Below, piece by piece: positions 16,512 to 26,131 of a stretch of DNA of 64,000 nucleotides. The translations under genes were made by a program, and so were the position numbers. A model generated the notes under the pieces. That model was not told the DNA's origin. It searched no databases and saw nothing but the letters and a program-made list of their open reading frames with translations. Positions within the stretch are counted from its first letter, which is position 1. Each line of letters begins with the position of its first letter. The DNA lies in assembly GCA_036510225.1 (NCBI GenBank), contig DATCEH010000008.1, forward strand, positions 15,361 to 79,360, written 5' to 3'. Source of the DNA: Solirubrobacteraceae bacterium (GTDB taxonomy: Bacteria > Actinomycetota > Thermoleophilia > Solirubrobacterales > Solirubrobacteraceae).

Positions 16512-18398
16512 GTGGCCCGTCCCGCGACGCAAGAGGCTGAGAAACCCGCGCGGGACGACGACTCTCGAGCGATCGACGCTCCGGGCCGCCTGCCGAGCAG
16601 CGCTGCGGCGTTGGTAGCCTTGGCCCTGATCACGGCAGCCGCGGCGACGCTGCGCCTGAGCTCGCTCCGTGCGGTCCCGCCCGACCCGTTCTACGACGCC
16701 GCCGTGCGGAGCATGTCGCAGTCGCTGCACAACTTCTTCTTCGGCGCCTACGAGCCGGCCGGAAGCGTCTCGATCGACAAGCCGCCGATCGACCTCTGGC
16801 TCCAGGTCGTCTCGGTGAAGCTGTTCGGGTTCGGCCCGGTGGCCCTCAAGCTGCCCCAGGCGATCGCCGGGACGCTCGCCGTCCCCCTGCTCTACGACGC
16901 CGTGCGCCGGGTCTTCGGCTCGCTCGCCGGCCTCGCGAGCGCGCTCGTCCTCGCGGTCCTGCCGATCGCCGTGCTGACGGCGCGGAGCGACACGATGGAC
17001 TCGGTGATGATGCTGCTCAGCGTGCTGGCGCTCTGGCTGCTCGTGCGCTTCATGCAGGACCAGCGGGCGCGGTGGCTCTACCTCGCGGCCGCTGCGATGG
17101 GCCTGGCGTTCAACGTGAAGCTGTTCCAGGGACTCGTCGGACTCCCGGCCCTGGCCCTGCTCGCGTGGTCGGCCGGGTCCACCAGGCGGCTTCGGCGCCT
17201 CGGGCTGGCCAGCGGCGTCTTCGTCGCGGTCGCGCTGGCCTGGCTGACGGCGACGCTGGTCGTCCCGAACGCCCCCTATGCGATCGGCTCGACGAACGGG
17301 TCGGCGTGGAACGCGGCGTTCGTCTTCAACGGCTATGACCGGATCGCGAGCCCAGCGACTCAGTCGGCTCTCAACGGCCCCGATTCGACCGGCCCGACCA
17401 AGCCGGCCGGTAACAGCGAGCAGCAGCGGGCGACCGTCCCGATCGGCACGCCCTCGGCGCTGCGGCTCTTCGATCACGACGGCCCGCTCTCGGGTCTGCG
17501 CCTCGGCTTCGTCCTGCTGGCTGCGCTCGGCCTCGGCCTCGCCGCGCTGATCGCGTCGCTGCGCATCGCCGAGCAACGTGTCGTGGCCGCGTCCCTGCTC
17601 GTGTGGCTGGGGACCGGGGTCGTCCTGTTCAGCGCGATGGCCCGGCTGCACCCTCGCTATACCGACGGCTTCACGCCGGCCGTCGCCGCAGCCGCCGGCA
17701 TCGGGCTGGCCTGGATCGCACGGAAGGCGTCGGCGAACGGGCCCGGCGGGCTTGCCTGCCGGCTCGTCGGCGGGCTGACCGCGGTCGGCCTCGTCCTCTA
17801 CGGACACTTCCTGCTCGGCGGGGGCAGCGATATCTGGAAGCTCACGGCACTGGCCGCAATCGCGGCGATCCTCGCGGCGATCGTCCCGCTGCCGGCGTCG
17901 CTCGCCCAGAGCCGTCCTCTGCGCGGGCCGGTGCTCGCCGGGGCGCTCGCCGTCGCGACGCTCGTGATGCCGGTGGCGATCGCACGCGGGCTCGCCATCC
18001 ACCACGAGGACGACGCTGGTCACGTCGGCGCGATGGCCCCGTCGCAGACCGCCTCGCTCAGCGCATACCTGCACGCTCACGGGGACGGCGCTCACTACGA
18101 GCTGGCGAGCGCCGCGGCGACTCAGGCCGGCGCGCTGATCGCCCGCGATGGCCTGCCGGTGCTCGTGCTGACGTCATACAACGCCCGCCCCCTCGTGCCC
18201 GTCAGCCGACTTGCCGAGCTCGTCGCGAGCGGCGCCGTTCGCTACGCACTGCTCGAGGGCGGCTGCGGTCCTCGGACCTCGCGCCAGCTGGCCCAGTGCT
18301 CGAGCGACGCAGCGTGGGTACGCGCCCACGGACAGGATGTCTCGAAAGCGGCGGGATTGACCCGTCCAAGACTCCTCTGGCGCCTGAGAAGACGCTAA
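16512..18398 (+). CDS. ArnT/PMT-like GT-C family membrane glycosyltransferase
   Basis: 628-aa polytopic protein. The N-terminal region PDPFYDAAVRSMSQSLHNFFFGAYEPAGSVSIDKPPIDLWLQVVSVKLFG...LPQAIAGTLAVPLLY matches the conserved first loop and helices of dolichyl/undecaprenyl-phosphate-sugar dependent GT39/GT83-type enzymes. Confidence 0.8.
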   Translation: MARPATQEAEKPARDDDSRAIDAPGRLPSSAAALVALALITAAAATLRLSSLRAVPPDPFYDAAVRSMSQSLHNFFFGAYEPAGSVSIDKPPIDLWLQVVSVKLFGFGPVALKLPQAIAGTLAVPLLYDAVRRVFGSLAGLASALVLAVLPIAVLTARSDTMDSVMMLLSVLALWLLVRFMQDQRARWLYLAAAAMGLAFNVKLFQGLVGLPALALLAWSAGSTRRLRRLGLASGVFVAVALAWLTATLVVPNAPYAIGSTNGSAWNAAFVFNGYDRIASPATQSALNGPDSTGPTKPAGNSEQQRATVPIGTPSALRLFDHDGPLSGLRLGFVLLAALGLGLAALIASLRIAEQRVVAASLLVWLGTGVVLFSAMARLHPRYTDGFTPAVAAAAGIGLAWIARKASANGPGGLACRLVGGLTAVGLVLYGHFLLGGGSDIWKLTALAAIAAILAAIVPLPASLAQSRPLRGPVLAGALAVATLVMPVAIARGLAIHHEDDAGHVGAMAPSQTASLSAYLHAHGDGAHYELASAAATQAGALIARDGLPVLVLTSYNARPLVPVSRLAELVASGAVRYALLEGGCGPRTSRQLAQCSSDAAWVRAHGQDVSKAAGLTRPRLLWRLRRR

Positions 18399-18408
18399 TT
18401 TCCAGTCC

Positions 18409-19122
18409 ATGCCAGCGAACGCCCCGACGCTCGAGATCCTCGTCGTCGACGACGAGGTCGCCCTGCGCGAGATGCTCGAGCGCTCGTTCACCCGCGAAGG
18501 TCACCGCGTGACGGCGGTGGCAGACGGGACATCGGCGATCGAACGGGCCGGGAGCGACCATTTCGACGTGATCCTGCTCGATGTCGCGCTGGGGTCGGGC
18601 CCCAACGGATACGACGTCTGCCGGACGCTGCGAGCCCGCCGGAATGTCGTGCCAATCATCATGCTGACGGCGCTCGACAGCGAGGCTGACGCGGTGCAGG
18701 GGCTCGAAGCCGGAGCTGACGACTACGTGACGAAGCCGTTCGGCCTGGCCGAGCTCCGCAGTCGCATCCGGGCCGTCCTGCGCAGGGCCGGCCCCCGCGG
18801 CCTCGGCGGGTTGGGTGGCGAGGTGCTGAAGATCGCCAGTATCAAGCTCGACCGGGCACAGCGCGAGGTCAGCGTCGACGGAGTCCCCGCGAAGTTGACG
18901 TTCTCCGAGTTCGAGCTCCTCTCGTGCCTGATGTCCGAGCCGCAGCGCCTCTTCAATCGCCAGGAGCTCCTCCGTGCGATCTGGGGGGATTCGGCCTACC
19001 GGGATCCGCGGGCGATCGACGTTCACATCCGCCACCTCCGCGAGAAGCTTGAGCAGCGGCCAGACGAGCCGCGTCTGATCCTCACCGTGCGGGGCGCCGG
19101 GTACCGCTTCGCGGAGCGCTGA
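18409..19122 (+). CDS. OmpR/PhoB-family response regulator
   Basis: Receiver domain (ILVVDDE...DVILLDVAL...MLTALD...GADDYVTKPF) plus winged-helix output (LTFSEFELLSCLMSEPQRLFNRQELLRAIWG...IDVHIRHLREKL...TVRGAGYRF). Confidence 0.92.
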   Translation: MPANAPTLEILVVDDEVALREMLERSFTREGHRVTAVADGTSAIERAGSDHFDVILLDVALGSGPNGYDVCRTLRARRNVVPIIMLTALDSEADAVQGLEAGADDYVTKPFGLAELRSRIRAVLRRAGPRGLGGLGGEVLKIASIKLDRAQREVSVDGVPAKLTFSEFELLSCLMSEPQRLFNRQELLRAIWGDSAYRDPRAIDVHIRHLREKLEQRPDEPRLILTVRGAGYRFAER

Positions 19123-20543
19123 TGCGCCATTTCGGCCTCCGTCCGCGCCTCCTCGCCGCGCTGGTCCTGACGAGCGCGGTATCGCTGGGGTTCGCGGCTA
19201 TCGCGCTGCTCTCGCCCCTGAAGAACAGCCTGCGTCAGGACAGCACGACGACCGTCCTGGCGACGGTCGGCGCGGCGATGCCCGGCTTCGAGGAGATCGA
19301 CCCTGACCCGGCGACGCCCGGGCAACTCAACCCGGCCTCCCTGAGAACCCAGGTACGCTCGCTAGAGCTCCGCTCGGGCGGGCGGGTCGCGGTCTTCGAC
19401 TCGCAGCTGAAGCCAGTCGAGAACTCCGACCTCGACCCCGACCTGCCGCTGTCGGTCAGCGACGTTGCGCTCAGCCTGAAGACGCACCGCCGACTCAACC
19501 TAATCGACCACGGCGACCTCGTCGTCACGCAACCCGTCGAGATCCTCCACCAGCCGTACGTCGTCGAGCTGCGAAAGCATCTGGAATACGTCCAGGAGGC
19601 GACGCGTGTGGTCGGCAGCGTCTTCCTCAAGGCAGCCGCCGTCGGCCTCGCGGTCGCCCTGCTGCTGGGGATCGGGCTCTCGGCCACGCTCGTGCGCCGC
19701 CTCGAGCGCCTGCGCGACGCGACGCGCAACCTCGACCGCGGCGGAATCGACGCCGTCCTCAAACCGGACGACAGCCCACACGACGAGATCGGCGAGCTGA
19801 CCCGTGCGTTCATCGGTCTGCAGGAACGCCTGCGCCACCAGGAGAGCGCGCGGCGGGCGTTCGTAGCCACCGCGTCGCACGAGCTGCGGACGCCGCTGGC
19901 TTCGCTGGACGGGATGCTCGAGTTGCTGGCCGACGACCTCGCCGGCGACCCGATCGATGTCGACGACGCCCGGCGGCGACTGACTCACGCCCAGGAGCAG
20001 TCTCGCCGACTCGGCAATCTCGCAGCCGATCTGCTCGACCTCAGCCGGATCGATGCTGACGTCGAGCTGCGGAGCGAGCCGATCGAGTGCTTCGAGCTGG
20101 CGCGGGCCGTCGCGGCCGAATTCGACCGCCGGGCGTCCGAGCGTGACGTCAGCCTGAGCATCGAACCCGCGACGATGTCGTGCTGGGCCGAGGGTGATCC
20201 GGGTAGCGTGGCACGGATCGTGCGCATCCTGCTCGACAATGCGCTCCGCGCCGCGCCATCCGAGTCCACCGTGAGCGTGGCGATCGACGGCGCCAGACAG
20301 TGGACCCAGATCGAGGTCCGCGACCGGGGACCAGGGGTTCTGCCGGCCGAGCGCGACCTGATCTTCGAGCGCTTCCAGCGCGGCAGCGGCCGCGGCGGCG
20401 AAGGGGGCTTCGGACTCGGCCTGGCGATCGGCCGGGAGCTCGCCACGAGAATGGGCGGCTCGCTCGAGCTCGTCGACGACGCTCAGGACGGAACGGTCTT
20501 CCGGCTGCGGCTGAAGACGGCCCTCGTGGCGGTGGCGGTGTGA
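19122..20543 (+). CDS. sensor histidine kinase (HAMP-HisKA-HATPase_c)
   Basis: Its ATG overlaps the regulator stop (TGATG). It has two TM segments, a HAMP domain, the H-box FVATASHELRTPLASL, an N-box LLDNALRAA and G-boxes RDRGPGV and GGFGLGLAI. Confidence 0.92.
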   Translation: MRHFGLRPRLLAALVLTSAVSLGFAAIALLSPLKNSLRQDSTTTVLATVGAAMPGFEEIDPDPATPGQLNPASLRTQVRSLELRSGGRVAVFDSQLKPVENSDLDPDLPLSVSDVALSLKTHRRLNLIDHGDLVVTQPVEILHQPYVVELRKHLEYVQEATRVVGSVFLKAAAVGLAVALLLGIGLSATLVRRLERLRDATRNLDRGGIDAVLKPDDSPHDEIGELTRAFIGLQERLRHQESARRAFVATASHELRTPLASLDGMLELLADDLAGDPIDVDDARRRLTHAQEQSRRLGNLAADLLDLSRIDADVELRSEPIECFELARAVAAEFDRRASERDVSLSIEPATMSCWAEGDPGSVARIVRILLDNALRAAPSESTVSVAIDGARQWTQIEVRDRGPGVLPAERDLIFERFQRGSGRGGEGGFGLGLAIGRELATRMGGSLELVDDAQDGTVFRLRLKTALVAVAV

Positions 20544-21709
20544 GCGCGGAGCTCGTCGAGCTGGCCGAACGAGCGCGTCGGGTCGGGCGAATCGGTGTCG
20601 ACACGGAGTTCGTCGGCGAGGGCCACTACAGGACCCTGCTCTGCCTGATCCAGCTGGTCGTCGAGGACGACGCGGGCCTGACGGTCCTCGTGGTCGATAC
20701 GCTCGATCACTCGATCGACCTCGCTGCGCTGGCCGCGGTGCTCGCCGACCCGGAGGTCGAGGTCGTCGTCCATGCGGGGCGCCAAGACGTCGCGCTGCTG
20801 CGCCGGTGCCTGCCGACCGAGGTCACGCGACTCTTCGACACGCAGATCGCCGCGGGGTTCGCGGGTTTGCCGGCTCAGGCCGGCTACGACACGCTGCTGC
20901 GCGAGGTGCTTGGCGTCAATGTGCAGAAGACGGCGAGCTACACCCGCTGGGATCGGCGTCCGCTCAGCGACGAGCAGGTTGGCTACGCGCGGGAGGACGT
21001 TCTCCACCTGCTCGACCTCTCGACCGAGCTGCAGCGGACGCTCGCGGCAAGCGGTCGCCTGGAGTGGGCGCGCGAGGAGTGCCGCGCGCTCGAGCACGCG
21101 AGCGACTCGCGCGATCCAGACCAGGTCTTCGCCCGGCTGCCGCGGATCAACTCGCTGAAGGCGTCCGCCCGGGCCGTGGCGCGTGAGCTTGTCGAATGGC
21201 GGGAGCGTGTCGCCGCCGATCAGGACCGGCCGGCGTCGACGGTGCTCAACGACGCCGCGGTCGTCGAGCTCGCCAAGCGGCGACCGCGGTCGGCCTCGGA
21301 GCTCGACCAGATCCGCGGCGTAAACCCGGGAAGCCTGCGCCGTCGCGGGGCCGAGCTGCTGGCGGCGATCGACCGGGGCACGCGGCGCGATCCGATTCCG
21401 GCCGAGGCGCAGCACCACGAGCCGAACTCACCGCTCGACGCCCCGCTGATCGCCCTCTGCGAAGCCCTCGTCCGGGCACGGGCGCTCGAGGGCCAGCTCG
21501 CGTACGAGCTGATCGCCGCGCGGGCCGACCTCCAGCGCATCGTCACCAGCGTGCGAGCCGGGCGCGGCGAGCCTCAGCTCCGGACGCTCGACGGCTGGCG
21601 TCGCGAGCTGGTTGGCGCCGAGCTGCTCGAGCTGCTCGGAGGCCGCCACGCGCTGGCGGTCGGCGCCGACGGGCGACTTGCGGTGAGTGCGGCCGTCCAG
21701 GTAGGCTGA
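20540..21709 (+). CDS. rnd: ribonuclease D (DEDDy 3'-5' exonuclease plus HRDC)
   Basis: GTG 20540 overlaps the kinase stop (GTGTGA). Motifs IGVDTEF, VVHAGRQDVALL and YAREDVLHLL, then the HRDC-like ARELVEWRERVAADQDRPASTVLNDAAVVELAKRRPRSASEL. The track ORF 20300..21709 is over-extended. Confidence 0.85.
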   Translation: MSAELVELAERARRVGRIGVDTEFVGEGHYRTLLCLIQLVVEDDAGLTVLVVDTLDHSIDLAALAAVLADPEVEVVVHAGRQDVALLRRCLPTEVTRLFDTQIAAGFAGLPAQAGYDTLLREVLGVNVQKTASYTRWDRRPLSDEQVGYAREDVLHLLDLSTELQRTLAASGRLEWAREECRALEHASDSRDPDQVFARLPRINSLKASARAVARELVEWRERVAADQDRPASTVLNDAAVVELAKRRPRSASELDQIRGVNPGSLRRRGAELLAAIDRGTRRDPIPAEAQHHEPNSPLDAPLIALCEALVRARALEGQLAYELIAARADLQRIVTSVRAGRGEPQLRTLDGWRRELVGAELLELLGGRHALAVGADGRLAVSAAVQVG

Positions 21710-21719
21710 CGCCCCGCCT

Positions 21720-23477
21720 ATGGGAAAGCGCGACGCGGCCGGCCGGGTCGTCATACAACGGTCCCGCGCTCGGCGGGCACAGCAGGCCGCTCTGGCGATC
21801 GCGTGTATAGCGCTCGCCTGTGTGCTCCCGGCGAGCGCCGTGGCCTCGGTCTCACAGAGCTCGATCTTCCAGGACGACGACCTCCTGATCTACAACACGA
21901 CGGCCGGCACCCAGCAGACGATGCAAACGCTGGCGCTGCTCGGGGTCCAGAGCATTCGCGTCTCGGTCTACTGGCGAGTGGTCGCCCCGGACCCGCTGTC
22001 GACGACGCGGCCGGCCAACTTCGACGCGTCGGACCCGGCCGCCTACCCGGCCGATGCTTGGTCTCGCTACGACCAGGTCGTCGAGGACGCCCACGCCCTG
22101 GGAATCGCCGTGAATCTCGACATCACGTCCCCGGCGCCGCTCTGGGCGACCCAGACGCCGGATCGGGCCGACATCGCCAACACCTACGACCCGTCGGGCC
22201 CCGAGTTCGGGGCGTTCGTGCACGCGGTGTCCGAGCGCTACAGCGGCACCTACGTGCCGCCACCGCCCGCCAGTTCCACTCCCACTCCGGCCCCTACACC
22301 GTGCGTTGGTCTGCTCGGCTGCCTGTTCAACCCGAACGGCACTGGTAGCAGCCCAGCCCCTCCACCGCCGCCGATCGTCACGACCACGCCGCTCCCGCGC
22401 GTGAGCAGCTGGTCGATCTGGAACGAGCCCAACCAACCGGGATGGCTGACGCCACAGTGGGCTCCGGACGCGGCCGGTCACCTGGTCGAGCGCTCGCCGG
22501 CGCTCTACCGGAGCCTCGTCAACGCCGGCTACGCGTCGCTCCTGCAGACCGGGCACGGCTCGGACACGATCTTGATCGGCGAGACCGCCCCGAAGGGCCT
22601 CTCGGTGCGCGGCGAGACCCGGGCGATCTCACCGCTGCTGTTCATCCGCGATCTGTACTGCGTCAACTCGAAGCTCCAGCCGCTGGCCGGCTCGCGGGCC
22701 TCCGCGCTTGCCTGCCCGGTGACTGCCGCCCAGTCGGCGGCCTTCCCCGCGCAGAACCCCGGGCTCTTCAAGGAGACGGGCTGGGCCCATCACCCGTATG
22801 AGCTGACCTTCGCTCCGACGGTCTCGACGAAGAACTCGGACTTCGTGACGATCGCCAACCTGAGCCGGCTCGGGACGACCTTCGACGGCATCGAGCGGGC
22901 ATATCACCGCTCCCGCCAGATCCCGTACTACCTGACCGAGTTCGGCTACATGAGCGACCCGCCGAGCCCGGTCGGGGTCTCGCTCAGCCAGCAGTCGGCC
23001 TTCCTGAACCAGGCGGAGTTCATCGCCTACAGCAACCCCCGAGTCCGCGATCTCTCGCAGTTCCTCCTGCAGGACTCACCGCCGATCGCGTGCACCCGAT
23101 GCTCGGATCCAGGCGGGTATGGCTCGAGCTTCGAGACTGGCCTGGAGTTCCAGGGCGGCAAGCCGAAGCCGAGCTTCGCGGCCTACCGGATGCCGATCTT
23201 CCTGCCGTCACCGACCGTGAAGAAGGGCGCCAAGCTGCGCGTCTGGGGACTCGTCCGCCCGGCTCCGCACGGCGCCGCGGTCAGCGTCGCGATCCAGTTC
23301 CGTCCGGGGACGACGGGCGCGTTCAAACGGATCGCGACCGCCCGGACCAAGTCGCATCCGGCCTATCTCGACACGCACGTCAGCCTGACTCGGTCGGGAC
23401 AGCTCCGCCTGGCCTGGCGGGATCCGACGACCCACGCAGTGATCTACAGCCGGGACGTCAGCGCCACCGTGAGGTGA
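21720..23477 (+). CDS. secreted clan GH-A-like glycoside hydrolase (family not resolved)
   Basis: Signal-anchor segment (ALAIACIALACVLPASAVA). WSIWNEPNQPGW is an acid/base NEP motif and YYLTEFGY a nucleophile-type TEFG motif, in a TIM-barrel-length protein with a beta-rich C-terminal tail. Confidence 0.7.
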   Translation: MGKRDAAGRVVIQRSRARRAQQAALAIACIALACVLPASAVASVSQSSIFQDDDLLIYNTTAGTQQTMQTLALLGVQSIRVSVYWRVVAPDPLSTTRPANFDASDPAAYPADAWSRYDQVVEDAHALGIAVNLDITSPAPLWATQTPDRADIANTYDPSGPEFGAFVHAVSERYSGTYVPPPPASSTPTPAPTPCVGLLGCLFNPNGTGSSPAPPPPPIVTTTPLPRVSSWSIWNEPNQPGWLTPQWAPDAAGHLVERSPALYRSLVNAGYASLLQTGHGSDTILIGETAPKGLSVRGETRAISPLLFIRDLYCVNSKLQPLAGSRASALACPVTAAQSAAFPAQNPGLFKETGWAHHPYELTFAPTVSTKNSDFVTIANLSRLGTTFDGIERAYHRSRQIPYYLTEFGYMSDPPSPVGVSLSQQSAFLNQAEFIAYSNPRVRDLSQFLLQDSPPIACTRCSDPGGYGSSFETGLEFQGGKPKPSFAAYRMPIFLPSPTVKKGAKLRVWGLVRPAPHGAAVSVAIQFRPGTTGAFKRIATARTKSHPAYLDTHVSLTRSGQLRLAWRDPTTHAVIYSRDVSATVR

Positions 23478-23770
23478 CGCGTGGTTGGGCCGAGCGGTCT
23501 GGGACACCGGACAGCGCATCGCCGTGACCGGACCCGACAGCGTGGCTACAGGTTCCAGAACCTCGCAACAGCGTGAGATCAGTGCTTCGCCGGGGGCGAG
23601 ACCGGGGAGCGGTTCACGCTCACCGCCGACCGCCGGCAGTCGTCGAACTGGTTTCACTGCGACGCCGGCGGGCCGTGCCGGTCGAAGAGGCGCGAAACGC
23701 CGCCGCTCGCCATGCGGCGGATGCCGGCCTGCTCCGAGATCTTTGTTCGTTGCGGACACGACGGACGAGC

Positions 23771-24286
23771 ATGAGGGCCCTCTGCTGGACACGTCGTTCT
23801 GTCGCCAAGGAGTCAAGCCGAGCGCTTGGCCAGATGCCCGGGGTCACTGAGACCGACGTCTCAGTCGTCACCCTGGCCGAGCTGACGATTGGAGTACTGG
23901 TGGCGGCGGATGGCGACCGGGCCGGCCGTGTCGCGACGTTGTCGGCGGTCGAGTCAACCTGGGACCCGCTCCCCGTGGACGCGGAGGTTACGCGAGCGTT
24001 CGGGCGGATAGTGGCTGACCTGCGGGCCCGGGAGCGCCGCGTGCCCATCCTCGACGCGCTGATCGCCGCGACTGCGATCGTCCAGGGAATCCCCGCCGTC
24101 ACGCAGGACCGCGACTACGACGCGATTCTCGGCCTCGACGTTGTGCGGGTATTGAGGGAAGGGCCCGCCGCGACCGCCGACTCACTTGGTGAGTGTCGGG
24201 CGTCAACCCCCGGGCAGCTGAGGACCTCCTCCGCACGCGCACGCTCCCCGGCCATCTTGGAAGGCGTATCGCGATCAGTCAGCTAG
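23771..24286 (+). pseudogene. VapC-like PIN-domain gene with a scrambled N-terminus and an elongated C-terminus
   Basis: The core VSVVTLAELTIGVLVAADGDRAGRVATL...LPVDAEVTRAFGRIVADLRARERRVPILDALIAATAIVQGIPAVTQDRDYDAILGL is PIN/VapC. The expected first acidic motif is readable only in another frame (GPLLDTSF). The ATG-23771 frame reads MRALCWTRRSVAKE instead. See the finding. Confidence 0.5.
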
Positions 24287-24514
24287 GCCGGCGCCGACAG
24301 ACGCGCAGGTCGCGCCTGTGTCCTGCGAACCATTCTGACCGGGGAAGGGGAGGCTGTCGTCGGAGCTCTGCCGATGACCCTCTTCGCTACGCCGCGATCT
24401 GCGAGCGCGACGTCAGCGCAAGCGTGAAGTGACACCGGGCCACCGCCGACGCGACACTCGTCGTGCGCGCTGCTCGGCAGGTCCAGGGTGCCCAGCATCG
24501 CCGCTCGTCCCCGC

Positions 24515-26131
24515 TCAACAGCCGCTCGTCGGATCTGGCTCGGGGAGCGGATAGACCGGCGTGCACTCGGTGTACTGGCTGACGTGGAACACGCCGACGG
24601 CGTTGGCCAAGGAGTAGTTGTTGAGGCTGACGTTCTCGAGCAACGTCGCGGCGTTCAGCGTGACGTTGTCGCCGATGGCGTTGCCTTCGAATACGAGGCC
24701 GCTGATCGTGACGTCGCTCGTCGGCGCGTAGAGGAACATCGACTCGGTCAGGCTGCCGCCGATCGTGACGGTCGTCCCGTGCGCGGTCCCGTTCCCGACG
24801 ACGTAAAGCTGGAACTGACTCGAACCGGTCAGGCTCGTGACGCCGCCGACCAGATTGGACACGCCGACCGTGCTGTTGAAGTTGCCCTGGTTGGAGCCGA
24901 GGCCGTTGCCCGAGCACCGGCTCGACGTCGGGCTGTCGATGAAGACGCGGACCGGGGTCGAGGTGCTCGACGTGATGTTCGCGGTGACGCTGCCGCCGGT
25001 CGCGTTGAAGTTGCAGAGGATGTAGTCCCCAGGCGTCAGCGTCATCGTGTTGCGGGTCAGGGTGACGGTGTTCGTCGTCGGATCGTACGCCCTCGTCCCG
25101 CCACCGCCGTTGTTGCCTCCGAGCGTCGTCGCGGTCACGCCACTCGGGAGGCTCGGGACGACGCAGGCGCTTGGGCAGCCGGTGTCGTCGACGCTCACTG
25201 CCTGCCGACTGACCGAGCTGGCCTGAGGGGTGAACGTCTCCAGCACCGGCAGGAAGACGTCCGCCTTGCTGAAACCCCCGCCGTAGGTCACGTTTGCGGT
25301 GAGGCCGCTCAGGTTGAGGAGGTTGGTGCCGGTGATGGTCGCGGCCTTGAGACCCAGACATATCACCGGGCAGACCCCGGGGATCGAAAGGTTGCCATTC
25401 GTCCGCATGTCGCCGGTCACCGCGATCACTGCGCCATTGAGCGTCAGGTTGCCGGCGGCCTCGATGAGTTGAAACGGATCGACCGGGGCGAGCGTCGCCA
25501 TCACGCGGCGCACCACGCAGCCGGAGGTCGGAGCCGTCGCCAGCGTCGGTCGACTGGATGAGCAGGTCGATGAGTTGCCGTTGTCCTCGACGCCGACGGC
25601 GACGACCTTCGGATGGAGGACGACGTTCGGGCCGACCGTCGTGGCGCCGCCGACCTGCTGCATCTCGTAGAAGGCGTGGTTGCCGACCTGGACCGTGTCG
25701 CTGATCGGGCTGGAGACACCCGATCCGTCGGGAAGCGCGCACGCCCCGGTGGCAAGGTTCGCCTCGGCCTGTACCGTGAAGGCCGTGATCACACCGGAAA
25801 GACTGGTCTGCGGGATCACGCAGTCTGCCACGTTGGCCAGAGCGCCGCTGAGCAGGCCCGCGGTGAAGTTGACGTTCGAGAGATTGATCTGGTTGAACCG
25901 GTAGATACCCTGATCCACTCCGGCGTCGGCCGCCTGGAGCGCACGCTGGCTGCGCGTGTCGCGGGTTGTATGACTGCGTGAGTCGAGCGTCTCGACGAGA
26001 GCTACCGTCGCGAAGGCCAGGGAGACGATCAGGACGAGCAGCGCGATGATCATCACGAACCCCTCCTCACCGGACGCCCGCTGGCGCAGCGCGTTCGAGG
26101 CCCGACGACAGCTGCTGCAGCGCTGGTTCAT
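24515..26131 (-). CDS. large PilX-like pilus-associated protein (hydrophobic pseudopilin-like N-terminus without Glu5, beta-helix-like body)
   Basis: Its ATG overlaps the stop of the upstream minor pilin (ATGA). The N-terminal GEEGFVMIIALLVLIVSLAFATVALV resembles the PilX N-terminal domain. The body is rich in short G/N/T/S/V repeats (NLTLNG, NLSIPG, TANVTYGG, SVTANITSS, TVTIGG) and many Cys. 538 aa. Confidence 0.7.
   Translation of the reverse strand: MNQRCSSCRRASNALRQRASGEEGFVMIIALLVLIVSLAFATVALVETLDSRSHTTRDTRSQRALQAADAGVDQGIYRFNQINLSNVNFTAGLLSGALANVADCVIPQTSLSGVITAFTVQAEANLATGACALPDGSGVSSPISDTVQVGNHAFYEMQQVGGATTVGPNVVLHPKVVAVGVEDNGNSSTCSSSRPTLATAPTSGCVVRRVMATLAPVDPFQLIEAAGNLTLNGAVIAVTGDMRTNGNLSIPGVCPVICLGLKAATITGTNLLNLSGLTANVTYGGGFSKADVFLPVLETFTPQASSVSRQAVSVDDTGCPSACVVPSLPSGVTATTLGGNNGGGGTRAYDPTTNTVTLTRNTMTLTPGDYILCNFNATGGSVTANITSSTSTPVRVFIDSPTSSRCSGNGLGSNQGNFNSTVGVSNLVGGVTSLTGSSQFQLYVVGNGTAHGTTVTIGGSLTESMFLYAPTSDVTISGLVFEGNAIGDNVTLNAATLLENVSLNNYSLANAVGVFHVSQYTECTPVYPLPEPDPTSGC

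Noticed and set aside
16500-18095. 531-aa minus-strand ORF antisense to the ArnT/PMT-like gene
   Set aside because: Arg/Asp/Glu/Pro-rich shadow ORF with no motifs. The plus-strand product is a coherent polytopic membrane protein.
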